From the NCBI GenBank assembly GCA_001724265.1, contig MEDY01000148.1, positions 1 through 62,492 on the forward strand: a stretch of DNA of 62,492 nt, given 5' to 3'. Of the stretch, positions 37,145 through 48,518 are shown one piece after another. The notes below the pieces were generated by a model that was not told the origin of the DNA, searched no databases, and saw only the letters and a program-made list of their open reading frames with translations. The DNA comes from Rhizaria sp. SCN 62-66 (taxonomy: Eukaryota). The stretch's first letter is position 1, and each line of letters starts with the position of its first letter. The translations under genes and the position numbers were made by a program.

Positions 37145-40100
37145 ATGCCTGGCCCCGCGCACCGCAGCAGCGCTGGCAGTGCCAGTCGGTCCATATACCG
37201 TCGTCTCTTGCGCCACATGAAGCGTGCCCAAGAGCTACACCCGTGCTGGTATGACAGCTTTGTCAAATCGATCAAGATCGTCTCCCGTGACCCCTCCGCA
37301 GCCACCCTCACAGTGCCCGCGGCAGTCACTGCTTACGGTGCCACCGCTGCACACGGTCATCACTCTGCAGCGGCGTCGACCCCTGCGCTCCGCACAGAGT
37401 TTGCCGCCGCTACCAGTGCGGTTGGCGCCGACTCTGCGGAGGTCAAGGCGCGCGCACTGTGGGCGCTGGTGGACACGGTGATCCCGCCCATCGCGACGGC
37501 GCCGCTGCCTCTTCAGCAACAACAGCAGCAGCAGCAGTCACCCCGGTTCAGCCCCGATGCACGCCCAGGCAGTGGGCAGACTGGTGCATTTTCCGCTCAT
37601 GCAGCCTCTCCGCAGTGGCTGTGTGTTGACTTGGTTAAGTCGCTCTCTGTACAGGCGCGTGCTCTGATGACAACGGGCTACGCAACTCCCGTGTACTTCG
37701 ATGCGTCTATGGATCATATTGAGCATGCCGGCGTGGGGCGAGAATTTCCCACTGTGCCCGCTGGCATGGTGTTAACTCATACTCTGCCCTCTGACTCACG
37801 CACAGCTGCGAGCAGCAACTGCAGCAATGCGAACGCAGATAACACTGATACCAGCAGTCGTCCAAGCCCAATGTTGCCCATAGTCTCGTACCCCCCTAGT
37901 CAACCCACAATCAGCACTCACCCTGCCTTTGCAGCCACAACGATGCCGCTGTCCCCCTCCCATTGTTTGGACTTGTCACTGCTCGCGCTCCGCACGCTCG
38001 ACCTTCTTGCGCCCCACACTGCCGCAGCAGCCGCGTTTCCAGACACGTTGCGCCGAGTGGAGCGCGAACTGACGGCTGCTCACGGTCACTTCACAGTTCC
38101 ACACCTGATTAAGAAAACCGCGGCGGACTTGGGCTCAACGGGCCGCATGAATGCTGACGCTGCTCACAGTCACGAATTGATTGGAGAGGCTGCGGCACTG
38201 CTGCGCTTGCTGCTAACAGTCGGCAACATCATCGAGCCTGCTCAAAACCACTCAGTCAACATCAGTCAGAATCAGTCTATCACCAGCGACACCTCTTGTG
38301 ATCAGACCACTCTTAGTCAGTTTGCGTGTGATTTCGGGCTCGGCGCAGAGGGCAATAGTGCAATGCAGCGTGTGCTGCTCACGGTCAGCGCACTTGTGGC
38401 CGACCTGGAGCACTCGCCACTTACACTGCCATTGCCACCGAGCCCTAATGCGGGCGCCAACGCGAATACTAGTTATGATACAGGCATGCAGTCGCAGCAA
38501 CATCAGCAACAAGTACAGACATTGCTGCTTAGTCGTCCCGATTCGCCGCTCCCGCCGTCAGTGCGCCTGTCCGCCGCCTCCGCGGTGGCCGCCGCACTGT
38601 TTCCCATGCGTTCTCAGTCGCCCTACTTGGTTGCTCCCCAGCATAGTCACGCGGCAACCGTCGCGGCCGCTGCCATTAACGCTGCAGCCGCGCTTGAAAG
38701 CAACACACGCTCTGCGAACGGCGCCGTGTCTTTGTTACCGTCAGCCGCGCTTACTCCCGTGCCGCTGTCGCCGCCGGTCGCCGCGGCTCTGGCCCAACTG
38801 TTTGCAGCAGCGGCCGGTGTTCGTGTCCGCGCTGTTGCGACCGCGAGCGGCACACCGCTGTTGCTGTACAGGCCGCCGCCGCTCGAGGCCGCCGCTGCGA
38901 CTGCCGCTGACTTAGTCCGTAACAGGACCGACAGTGGCGAAACGAGCGTTGGCGCGGTGAACGAGAGGGAAGAGGTTGAGGACGGAGGACAGCTGTGTCG
39001 AGGTGAAATGGCTGCGCGGCTGCAGGGCGGCCTGCTGTTGAGGCACTCCGTGCGAGTGCGCGCTTTGAGTGCAACTGTTGCGAATCATAAGCAGCACAAT
39101 GACGACACAAGTTTCAAGACAAATACTGCAGCCAGAGGTGATGTTGATGCTGCGGTTGTTGACAGCATGACCTCTGCTGTCTCAGCTAAGGAACTCGCAG
39201 CGAAGCTACTGCAGCAACGCTTCCCGCATTTGAGCAACTCAGGCAAAGTCAATATACCATTGCCAGAGGAGATCAAGAACTCCAATTCTAGCTCAGATGC
39301 GCAGAGTGATGTTGCAAATATCATTGACTCTGCTACACCTGTGCAAGCGTTGCCTCAGCCTTCTAGTGGCTTATCTTTGATCAACGGCCTAACATCCTCG
39401 CTGGATCCACTGCTGTTTGACACTACAGGCGCATTGCCTGTGCTTCTTACGCTCTCGCCCCCACCCACTGCGACGTCGCTCTACAGCAGCAATACAAACG
39501 CCGGCGCCGGCAGCCTTGGCGGCGCTGCGGGCAGCGGTGCGGGCGGCGCGCCTCCAGTGCTCACGGTCGCTGCGGTGACCGTGGGCAGCGCGAGCGAGAA
39601 ACGGCTGTACGAGCGCCCTACGGGCCCGCGCTCCGGCGGGCTTGGGTGGTGGGTCCCGCCGTCAGTGCAGTCTCCAGAACAATCTCTGACTGTGACTGCT
39701 CCGACTCGGAGTGAACAACTTACTGTGAGCTCCGTGAACAACAGTGTTAATGCCAGTACCAATACGTGTGTGAACACATCTGCAACAAGTGCAAGTGCTG
39801 CGCTGACGGTGAGGCTAGCGCCGCATAACCACCGCTCGTCCGATCCCTTGTTTGCGCCCTTCGGAGGCATCGCTGTTCCTTCCACCGCTAGCAGTCACAT
39901 GAACGAGAGCAATAGCGTGTCGCACGGCGCGAGCATCGCGAACAACAACACGGCGCTTGTTTTCACCCACGACAGCCCCGCTGGCGTGAACACCCCTTTA
40001 ATTGCCGTCCCGGGCGCCGCAGTGCCAATGCTGCCACTCTCGTCGCCGCGGCAGCAAGCGCTGCGTGTGGCGCAGCTGGCGCTGGCGTGCGAGAGAGTGA

Positions 40101-40399
40101 TCCGTCTTCCTATGCGGCGCCAGGCTGTGACGCGCGCCGCCTTCGCGCTGCACTGCATGAGCGAGATGTCTGTAAACCGCAGCAACGGTGCGATGACTGC
40201 GCGCGATACGAGCGATTCGAGCGCTCTGAGCGCTCGTGGCGCTAGTGGTAGTGTTGATAGCTTCACGACTGAGTGGGCTCCGTCGGCGGCGGTGCGCGCG
40301 GTGGCGAGTGCGGCCGCGCTGTCGCCGCAGGGGCTGCTGTGGGGACCGGCGTCTGCGGCGGAAGCGGAGTGGCAGTGCATATTCGCGAGAAAGAAATGA
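37145..40399 (+). CDS. Hypothetical ~1,084 aa protein with LYR-like N-terminal motif
   Basis: Long uninterrupted ORF; SRSIYRRLLRHMK near the N-terminus; ATG 37145 follows an acceptor-like CAG at 37106-37108. TGA stop. Confidence 0.7.
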   Translation: MPGPAHRSSAGSASRSIYRRLLRHMKRAQELHPCWYDSFVKSIKIVSRDPSAATLTVPAAVTAYGATAAHGHHSAAASTPALRTEFAAATSAVGADSAEVKARALWALVDTVIPPIATAPLPLQQQQQQQQSPRFSPDARPGSGQTGAFSAHAASPQWLCVDLVKSLSVQARALMTTGYATPVYFDASMDHIEHAGVGREFPTVPAGMVLTHTLPSDSRTAASSNCSNANADNTDTSSRPSPMLPIVSYPPSQPTISTHPAFAATTMPLSPSHCLDLSLLALRTLDLLAPHTAAAAAFPDTLRRVERELTAAHGHFTVPHLIKKTAADLGSTGRMNADAAHSHELIGEAAALLRLLLTVGNIIEPAQNHSVNISQNQSITSDTSCDQTTLSQFACDFGLGAEGNSAMQRVLLTVSALVADLEHSPLTLPLPPSPNAGANANTSYDTGMQSQQHQQQVQTLLLSRPDSPLPPSVRLSAASAVAAALFPMRSQSPYLVAPQHSHAATVAAAAINAAAALESNTRSANGAVSLLPSAALTPVPLSPPVAAALAQLFAAAAGVRVRAVATASGTPLLLYRPPPLEAAAATAADLVRNRTDSGETSVGAVNEREEVEDGGQLCRGEMAARLQGGLLLRHSVRVRALSATVANHKQHNDDTSFKTNTAARGDVDAAVVDSMTSAVSAKELAAKLLQQRFPHLSNSGKVNIPLPEEIKNSNSSSDAQSDVANIIDSATPVQALPQPSSGLSLINGLTSSLDPLLFDTTGALPVLLTLSPPPTATSLYSSNTNAGAGSLGGAAGSGAGGAPPVLTVAAVTVGSASEKRLYERPTGPRSGGLGWWVPPSVQSPEQSLTVTAPTRSEQLTVSSVNNSVNASTNTCVNTSATSASAALTVRLAPHNHRSSDPLFAPFGGIAVPSTASSHMNESNSVSHGASIANNNTALVFTHDSPAGVNTPLIAVPGAAVPMLPLSSPRQQALRVAQLALACERVIRLPMRRQAVTRAAFALHCMSEMSVNRSNGAMTARDTSDSSALSARGASGSVDSFTTEWAPSAAVRAVASAAALSPQGLLWGPASAAEAEWQCIFARKK

Positions 40400-40553
40400 C
40401 CGTGAAGATTTTATCGCGCACTACTACAGCTGTTATATTCTTAAGCTCTGCAATCATGTCTGGATGCATTTCTTGAGCAGTCACCATCTCCAATTCCCAA
40501 GATTCACATAGTTTTGCCTCGTCTGAATTACAAATCTAAATTAACCAAAAGAT

Positions 40554-40629
40554 AAATCGGATGTTCAAATCGGATGTTCAAATCGGATGTTCAAATCGGA
40601 TGTTCATGATGTTTGATATGATGTTTGAT
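40554..40629. repeat. Tandem repeat (AAATCGGATGTTC)x4 followed by (ATGATGTTTGAT)x2
   Basis: Read directly; lies between two convergent 3' ends. Confidence 0.95.
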
Positions 40630-40866
40630 AAGGTACTAGTACATGTACAATGTATTGTGGCAAACACAGAGAATCTGGCTCAACTAATGAGGGAAAGTTT
40701 ATTCTGGTTATTCATAGTTTTCTTAGTACAGATCAATACAATTTACAGATAGCAAGCACATGTACAAACACACTGGGACGCCCCACATATTCATTTACCT
40801 GGCGGCGGACGGAGTGTGATTCGCCAAATGTGCAACGGCTTGCGAGCACGCATGTGTGCATCGCGC

Positions 40867-41520
40867 TTAGGTGGACTTGATCTCGTGGCGGATGATGTTG
40901 ATGATGACGGGGACAACGCCGAGGGCGAGGTTGGCCATATTGTTGAGGGGGTAAAAGATGGCGAAGAAAGTGATGATGACCACGGACCAGGGGTACTGGT
41001 TCTCACTTGTCTTCACACGGAGGACCTGTACACAGCAAGAAAAATGGGAATTCAAAATTCACATCAATTAGACGGATCAGTGGGTATACAGTTATGCTAA
41101 GATCTCAGCTTCATGTAATACAAAAGGATTATATCGCGAAATGTTCGGAGATATGAAGTAGGGAGGGACGTACGATAGAGAGGAGCATTAGGACAGTGGA
41201 GTAGAAGAAGACGCCAAAGTTGAGCAGGTGGGTCTCCTTGTCGCGGAACATCGCGCTGTAGATCAGGCAAAGCAGGAAAGCAATGGTGAAGCAGATACCA
41301 TACTCCTAAAACCGCACCAACGAGAGAGATGAAGCGAAGTTGGCAGAGTGAGCAAGTTGTTACGGAGGGCGAACTACGGAAGGGTGTAGAGAGTTTCAAC
41401 GTCGATAGGTAGTTTTCCAAGACCGATGATATGACGTACCTTGGGAGTGGTGCGCTTGACCTCAGCCTGGACATCATCCGCGAGCTTCTGGATCGAGTTC
41501 TGAAGGTTGGCAGCAGACAT
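40867..41520 (-). CDS. Small 123 aa multi-pass membrane protein; exons 41520-41440, 41305-41174, 41025-40867
   Basis: Three phase-0 exons with GTACGT donors: MSAANLQNSIQKLADDVQAEVKRTTPK|EYGICFTIAFLLCLIYSAMFRDKETHLLNFGVFFYSTVLMLLSI|VLRVKTSENQYPWSVVIITFFAIFYPLNNMANLALGVVPVIINIIRHEIKST. TAA stop. Confidence 0.8.
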
Positions 41521-42276
41521 CTTGTTCTATACAAAATAACGAGGCACAATCCAACGAGTCAGCATGACATGGGGGACATTAGTTAGATGTGCAGCCATAG
41601 TTCAGATATCGCATATAACCACACGAATTAATCAGTGTAAGGAGTTTTCATACGAGTTAGTGGTCGTCAAGGGTTTCGAATCCCCATTGTTGTAAGGAGT
41701 AGATTCATCTGGAGTCCAGGCACGCGTCGAACTGAAATGCCTCTGGTATACATCACCACAGCAAAATCATGGGGTACACAAAAAAAGAAATATCATCGCA
41801 ATCTGTTAAAATTCGGACGTCACAAATTGAAGACATTCTAACGTCTCTTTATGTCGGACAATTGAAGACAAAATTCAATTTTCCCTCGCCCGAAGAAACG
41901 CCAGACAGTCTTGTCCCTCCCTCTGTCCCTCTGGCCAGTGTGCAGCTTTGGTGTTCATCATGACATTACACGTTTGTATTGTAGCTAAACAATGCTGTAC
42001 ATGCTGAGTTTGCATGGCACAACGTAATCATATGTATTTTCCTGCTAAGGCGTCCGACTCCAGAGACAGACTACACAACACGTACACACTAGAGACAGAC
42101 AATCGAAGCTTATAAAGCACTACAAACTAAAACAAAACGTTCTCCAAGCGCTAGAAGACTCCGCCTAAGTTAGCGTTCACGCACCCAGACTCGTACCAAC
42201 GCGCCAAGCGATCTGACGCATCTCAACAACATCATGGTCACGTTTGTATGTTCGTTCAGTCGAGCGAGCTCCCTAC

Positions 42277-45200
42277 TCAGATGTGCGACTTCTTCTTGCC
42301 CTGTTGAATGTGCCGCGCACGGTACGCAAAGCGCAGTGTAGACAGCGTCTCAAGCACCTGCGCGTGGTCGCGCGAGCACGTCACAAGCAGTGTGCGCTTG
42401 CAGTTGGCGTACCCACCGAGCGCCTGCTGCAGCATCTTGGTCAGCTCGCTGTCGCGGTACGGGATGTGCGTCGTGCTGGGGTTAGACAGGCACAAGATGC
42501 AGCGTTCCAGCGTGGCGAGCGACTTGTTGATGTTCTTCGCTTCCTCGAACCGCTTGCCGTGCGTGAGACTCTTTTTCTGCCGCTCGGAGCCGGCGAGATC
42601 GACGAGGTTGAACTTGTTGCGCTCGCGGAAATTACGCTCCACGTTGGTCTGCGTCAGCGTGATGGTGAACAGACAGTGCGAGCGTGACGAACGCTCGTTC
42701 ATCTGCGTCGCAAACACCGTCTTTTGACGCTCTCCGGTGGCGAGGATGTGGTCCACGTCCTTCATACTGCTCGCGCGCAGCAGAGCCGGGTTGTCGAGGC
42801 GGAAATCGCGGTCATTGGCCATGTCCTCGATCAGCTGTAGCCGCGCGCCGCCATTGAGCAGGTCGTGGATACGGTCCTGGTAGATCTCCACGTAGCTCAC
42901 CTCGAACGTGTACGACGTGCCGTGCTCGTGGTTCAGCGTGTGCAGAATTTGCTCGCACGCGCGCGGGACCACGCCCCACAGCGACCGGTCCGCCGGCGTC
43001 AACTGGCCGGTTACGGGATGGATCAGACTGGGACCGAACATCGTCCATGTCTTGCCTGACGCTGTCTGTCCGTAGACAAAGACCGTGGCCGAGTAGCCGA
43101 AGAGCACGTCGCGCGTCATGCGCCACACGAGGCGCGCGTAGAGGTCCTTTTGCGTCGTCGTGCCCGCGAACACGTCGTGGAACTGGAAGTGACGAGGCCT
43201 ATAGAAAGCAATAGAAAAATGGTGTGAAAAAAAAACACATCTTAGAATATTATGCAGAAAGACAGTTGAAAACAACGTGATGACGACGTGACAGACTCCC
43301 GAATAATTTGGTCGAGATAATGCGACTTGAATAAAATATAAAACGTGTAGCAGCAAAGCGTTGGTCGTACCTGTCGTCGACGGTGGCGCGGACCGAGGCC
43401 GTGAGCTCGGAGACCTCAACGATCTCGCACTTGCCCTGGTGCATCTCGACCCACGACCGCGCGTCGTCGCCCTCATCGTTGTCGCCGCCCGCCGCGCCGC
43501 CCGCGCCGCCGCGCTGCTGCTGCTGTTGCTGCTTGCGTGGGCTCGTGCTGCGGCGACTGGGACTGCCGCTGCCGCCGCCCGCGCCGCCGCGCGGTCGCGC
43601 TTGCTGTGCCGCCGACAACGAAAGCGACGCGAACGACGACGTCATCGACCCGCGGCCGCGGCCCGGGCTGCCGCTGCGGGGGCTCCCGGACGCCGTCGCC
43701 GGCCCCCCGCCGCTGGGGGCCGTGGTCGTCGCGCCGAAGCTCACACGCCCTGCGCCGCTCGTAGTGGACTGGGGGCCCGAGGAGGCGGCCCCTGGGGTGA
43801 TGATCTCGTATCCCTCAGGCGCGTCCTCGTCGTCGTTGTTGGTGCCATTGACGCCGCCGCCGTTCGCAGCCCCGATGCCATGGCCCGCGGCGCCGTGCCC
43901 AAACCGCCCGCGCGCGTTGCTGTTGCTGCTGCCCGCGCTGGCTGCGCTGCCATCAGTGGTGAACTGCGCCTTCTCGGCCTGCTCTTCCTCCGGCAGCGGC
44001 TTGAAACGTACGGCGACGCGGAGGTGGAACATGCGCTGGCCCTTTTGCTTCTCCAGCTCCAGAGGCACCCACTTGGTGAAGTACGTGTGCAGGTACCGCT
44101 TCCAGTCCGCGCACGCGTGCTCCGCCGGCAGCGACCAGGCGGGCTTAGTGGCGAAAAACTCGAGGCACTTGTTGTACCAGATCTCGTGCACGTTACATGC
44201 TTCGCCGACGCGGGTCGACACCAGCGCAAGAAGCGCGGCCTCGGTGAAGGTCAGGAAGCCGCAGACGCGGACCCAGAGCCGCACAGGCAGCGTCGCCCAG
44301 TTGGCCTCGGAAGACATGTTGGGCACCATGGCCGCGATCGCGCGCGAAACGGTCTCGCGCTCCTCTGCGTCGCCCAGTGTCAGACTGGCGCGGAACGTGT
44401 CATACTGCTGTTTGGTGACCTGTGCGCGCACGAGGCAGCCGTCGAGCTGCCGCAACGCGCTCGCGATGGCGCCGTCGGCCGCGCGGCGGGCGCCCGAGGC
44501 GACGGCGAGGGCGTCGTCGCGCGCGCGTGCGTCGTCGCCGTCGTCGGCGCGGTGGTAGAAGGACAGCAGGGCGAGCGCGGCCTTCTGCTCGGCGGCGTCG
44601 CCCGACTCGAGTTTTGCGGAGATGTTTAGGTGCTGCGCGTGCGTGATCGCGCCAGAGGCCAAGTCGCTGTCGAGAACGTCAAGGATCTGGCCAACACGCT
44701 CGTGCGAGAGCACTCCGCTCGTGGCCGCGGCGGCGGCGACCATGCTCGCACTCGCGCTGCTGCTGCTGTTGTTGTTGTTGTTCGCGGCCGCGACGGCGGC
44801 GGCGGCGGCGGAGGTGGGCGCGCGCGATAGAGCGAGTGCGTTGCCGACGGGGCCCGTTTTGCTCTCATCGACGGCGGCAGCGCCAGCGCCCGCGGCAGAG
44901 GTGGCCGGGCGCGACTGCTGTTGCGCAGCGTTGCTGGTGTTGCTGGGGGAGGTAGCGCCGGAGGGATTCTCGGAGTCGGTGAGCGGCAGGTAGGGCGCTT
45001 CCTCGCTGGAGATGATAAACTGTTGCGCGGTCAGGTCGTAGGTGCCCGCCTTCCACAGGTCAACACGTTGGCCAGCCTAGAGTCGCAAAGCCAGATCAAA
45101 GAAACAAGAATAAAGCGGTCGTTAGAGGAAGAAACTGGGTAAAGAAATAGCTGTTCCATTGAAATCAACAATAGCGGGGTTTCATAAGAAATGACTTCGA

Positions 45201-45679
45201 GATACATGGTGGCATAATCGTCATGTTTGTGTGCTGGCAGGACGTACATGGGGCACAGGGTGCCAGAGCATGATGCAGTACTGGCGGTGCGACGCGAGGC
45301 GAATGCGCTCATCGGGGCCCTGCAGCCAGAGCTGCTGCGCCTGCTTCTTGTAGTGCTTCTCGACGCGCGACACGCAGAGCTGCGCGCCGTTGTACGCCAC
45401 ACCTTTCGCCGTGGACAGCGTTGCAGTGTCAGGGTGGCTGTGGTCAAGGGTGACGTGGAGACAGAAGTTCGGGTCGGAAGACAGCAGGATACGGTCGTCA
45501 GGCGACAGTGACCAGAGCTGCAGCGAGTTGAGGTTTGAGTTGGAGCGCGCGAGCTTGACGCGCATGCCCGAGACCGTGGGCTCAGCCGGGTCTTTGATCA
45601 CCTGCAAACAGTACTGCTCGCCGGGCGGGCTCGCCTTGTACACGATGCGGGACTCCTCCACGGACGAGAAACGAAGCAT
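42277..45679 (-). CDS. Kinesin with C-terminal motor, F-box and N-terminal ricin-B-lectin-like domain (~1,019 aa); exons 45679-45248, 45076-43371, 43198-42277
   Basis: Motor motifs LRVAVRFKP, YGQTASGKTWTM, VSYVEIYQD, MNERSSRSH, LVDLAGSE, NINKSL, HIPYRDS, ETLSTLRFA. F-box WATLPVRLWVRVCGFLTFTEAALLALVSTRV. QxW repeats in exon 1. Both introns have GTACG donors and keep frame. TGA stop. Confidence 0.85.
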
Positions 45680-46316
45680 GGTCGGATGGGACTGCAGTCA
45701 ACGCACGATTGTGGCGGCTGGCTCACCTGTGGTGGCTGTTGAAGCGGGGTCAGAGAGAGGCCTGTGGGCTAGCGGCACGGAAGGGCGAAGGGAAACGCGC
45801 CTATCAACCTGTGTGTGGGGAAGCAAAAACTACAGGGCCATATAGAGAGGTTGAAGCAGGTTATAGTGAGTGTAATATCGATGTATAAAAAAAGCACTGT
45901 ATGAATATTACTTGTGGCGCTATAAATATTCGAATGACTGATTTAGCACAGCATGGCAGATGAACGAAGTTGAACCGTTTTTCCCTGCCCTCGCTCTTGC
46001 CCGTTGGGCGAGTGCGCTCACGGTCACTTTTCACTTTCGACCACAAACGGCCGAGAGTGAACGAGCAGACCAGACCTATTCGACCTGCCCTCTACAAAGA
46101 CAACGTCAAAGCAACCTCTTCCGACGACTACTGGATACCTTTCTTCCTACTGTAATTAATTTGGCCGTTTTATATCACATCATGTAATGCTATTTGAATT
46201 GGCGACGTTTCAGGCTGCTAAATCCTTCTCTATGTTCTGAGACACGTTTTTGTGGTGAACCATCTCACTCTCTGACTTCTCATATCCATTCCGGCCTCAC
46301 ACTGCCCCCACAGATC

Positions 46317-47084
46317 ATGTCGTCATACTCCGTTGACGCGCAGTGGTCGCAGCAGCACCAGCACCAGACACGCGACGGCACAGCTCCATCCTCGTCCTCT
46401 GACAGCAGTGTGGGTGAGCTTGCCTCCGCCTTCGCTAGCAGCAATCCAGCCTCTGTTTCCTCCGCAGCGGCCGGGACCGGGCCCTCCGCGGCGTCGCTCG
46501 CCGCCGCAGCCGCCGCAGCCGCCGCGCACGGTGGCTACGCCATTAACCCCGCGCAGCAGCATCCGCCGCTGCCGCAGCAGCAGCAGCAGCAGCTCGGCAC
46601 CAGTAACTTCCACTCGCACTCGCACCCCGTAGCCCACGGTCACGGCTATCATGGCCACGGCCACCACGGGCACCCCGGCCACGCGGGCGCGCTGGCGGTC
46701 TACGGTGGCGGCGTCGCGACTCTGGCGAGCGGCACTGAGGGCTCGGAGCCCGCGCTGACCCTGGCGGACCACGAAGACCGTCTGCTCCCGGTCGCCAACA
46801 TCGGCCGTCTGATGAAGCACTCGCTGCCCGCCAACGTCAAGATGACCAAGGAGGCCAAGACGGCGTGCCAGATCGCCGTATCCGAGTTCATCGGGCTGAT
46901 CACGGCCGAGGCGTCGGACCGCATGGTCGAGGACCAGCGCCGCACCATCACCGGCAATGACTTGCTCGATGCGCTGCGGGCGTTCGGGTTCGAGGAGTAC
47001 GTCAAAGACCTCGACCCGCTCGCATCGGAGCTCCGCGTCAAGAAGGCTAACAGTGCCGGCGGCGGCAGCGCGGGCAACGCTTAA
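46317..47084 (+). CDS. NFYB: Nuclear transcription factor Y subunit B (HAP3) histone-fold protein
   Basis: EDRLLPVANIGRLMKHSLPANVKMTKEAKTACQIAVSEFIGLITAEASDRMVEDQRRTITGNDLLDALRAFGFEEY. TAA stop. Confidence 0.9.
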   Translation: MSSYSVDAQWSQQHQHQTRDGTAPSSSSDSSVGELASAFASSNPASVSSAAAGTGPSAASLAAAAAAAAAHGGYAINPAQQHPPLPQQQQQQLGTSNFHSHSHPVAHGHGYHGHGHHGHPGHAGALAVYGGGVATLASGTEGSEPALTLADHEDRLLPVANIGRLMKHSLPANVKMTKEAKTACQIAVSEFIGLITAEASDRMVEDQRRTITGNDLLDALRAFGFEEYVKDLDPLASELRVKKANSAGGGSAGNA

Positions 47085-47727
47085 GTGACAGAGCAGTTGT
47101 TCTGCAAAGAAAATGTTATGCAAAGCAAAGCAAAGTTTAGAATCGTCGTTCACCGACGCGTCTACGGAGTTAGTCAGTGGCGTCTGCGTTCAACGTCTTG
47201 CTTACTTGGCGTTTGGTGGGGGAATCTCGGTTATATAGCGAATATATTTGTTGGTTTGTCCTGTTTTATATGCATTGAACTAAGTGGACAGTAACACTAT
47301 GGATTGGATTGCGTGTCTCTACCTTTTGATAAAATAAATACAATACATGCATTGGTGTCAAGCCAGAATTCCAGATATCTTGAAAGCCGTCAATTTACAT
47401 CGTGTGCGAAGGTTTGGGTTCACAACGAGACCATACATGTGTCTGAATATAGTCGTATGTCATTTGTGGTGGGTTGTTTGACTGGCGACCAGCGAACCGA
47501 GGCAGCGACGGGCTTTTGGCTTTGGCTGACACCGCACTTCCGCAGTCGTATAGGAATCGTATTTAACTTAGTTGACCAGCCGCAAACTAGACTAATGGAA
47601 AGATCTTCACATGAACATACCCGTGCTGTAACTGTGTTTTAAATTACGTTTCTTACCTCGATGTTTCTATCGCTGTGTATTCCTCCGCACTCTCGGTGAC
47701 GTCGACCTCTTGTTCAGCCCTTTCGCA

Positions 47728-48518
47728 ATGTCGCTCCCCATCGGCCAACTCGTCGAGTCCCTGCTGCCCATCGGCATCATCTTCGGTCTCAACGCGCTCA
47801 AGCTTGACTACTCCGACCCCAACGTGCTGCTCGGCTTCCGCCTCGTTTTCGCGTCGTCCGTGGTGATTTACCTCGTCGCCTGCTACCTGGTGCAGTCCAA
47901 GATCTCGGCTAACAAGGCCGCGCTCGACGACGTCAAGTTCACCCACGAGAAGCCCATGGGCTTCGCGGAGAAGATGGCCGCGCAGAGCGAGTACGCGCAG
48001 GCCCAGGCTAGCAACCCCAACGCCGTCAAGCCCAAGGAGACGATCTCGGTGACCGAGACTGCGTTCGAGTACGACATGGGCCAGCTCAAGGAGCTCGCTA
48101 AGTCCGGCCTTATTTCCTACGGTACGCCCTACAACAAACGCATATCACTCATACACATACACATGTGTCCTGCATATAATCCTGACTACATGATATCTCA
48201 AATATGTATTTTTATTGATTCATCCTTTGTTTTTCTGTTGATTTAGCGATGTCCGGCGCGATCCACGCCTACGGTGGCTACACCCAGCCCCTGCTGCTTA
48301 CGGGCATCCTCTCCCTGCGCCGCTTCACCAAGTCGCCCCTGTTTGCGATCCACGTCCTCGGCAAGACGGCCGCAGGTGAGAACCAGCGCCCGTTCAAGCC
48401 CGAGCCGAGCATGATGCAGCAGTTCATGCCCCAGACCGACGCGGCGGCCGAGCCCGAGCCCGCTGCCGAGGCCGCGCCCGCGGTCAAGAACGGCAATGGC
48501 AACAACAAGCGCAAGTAA
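47728..48518 (+). CDS. PHO88: PHO88/SND3 family ER membrane protein; exons 47728-48121, 48247-48518
   Basis: LDYSDPNVLLGFRLVF, TAFEYDMGQLKEL, IHAYGGYTQPLLL, IHVLGKTAAGENQRPFK follow the Pho88 motif series. TAA stop. Confidence 0.8.

Noticed and set aside
40554..40605. CRISPR-like or telomeric array
   Set aside because: No spacers, 13-bp unit, eukaryotic interstitial context; a simple minisatellite.
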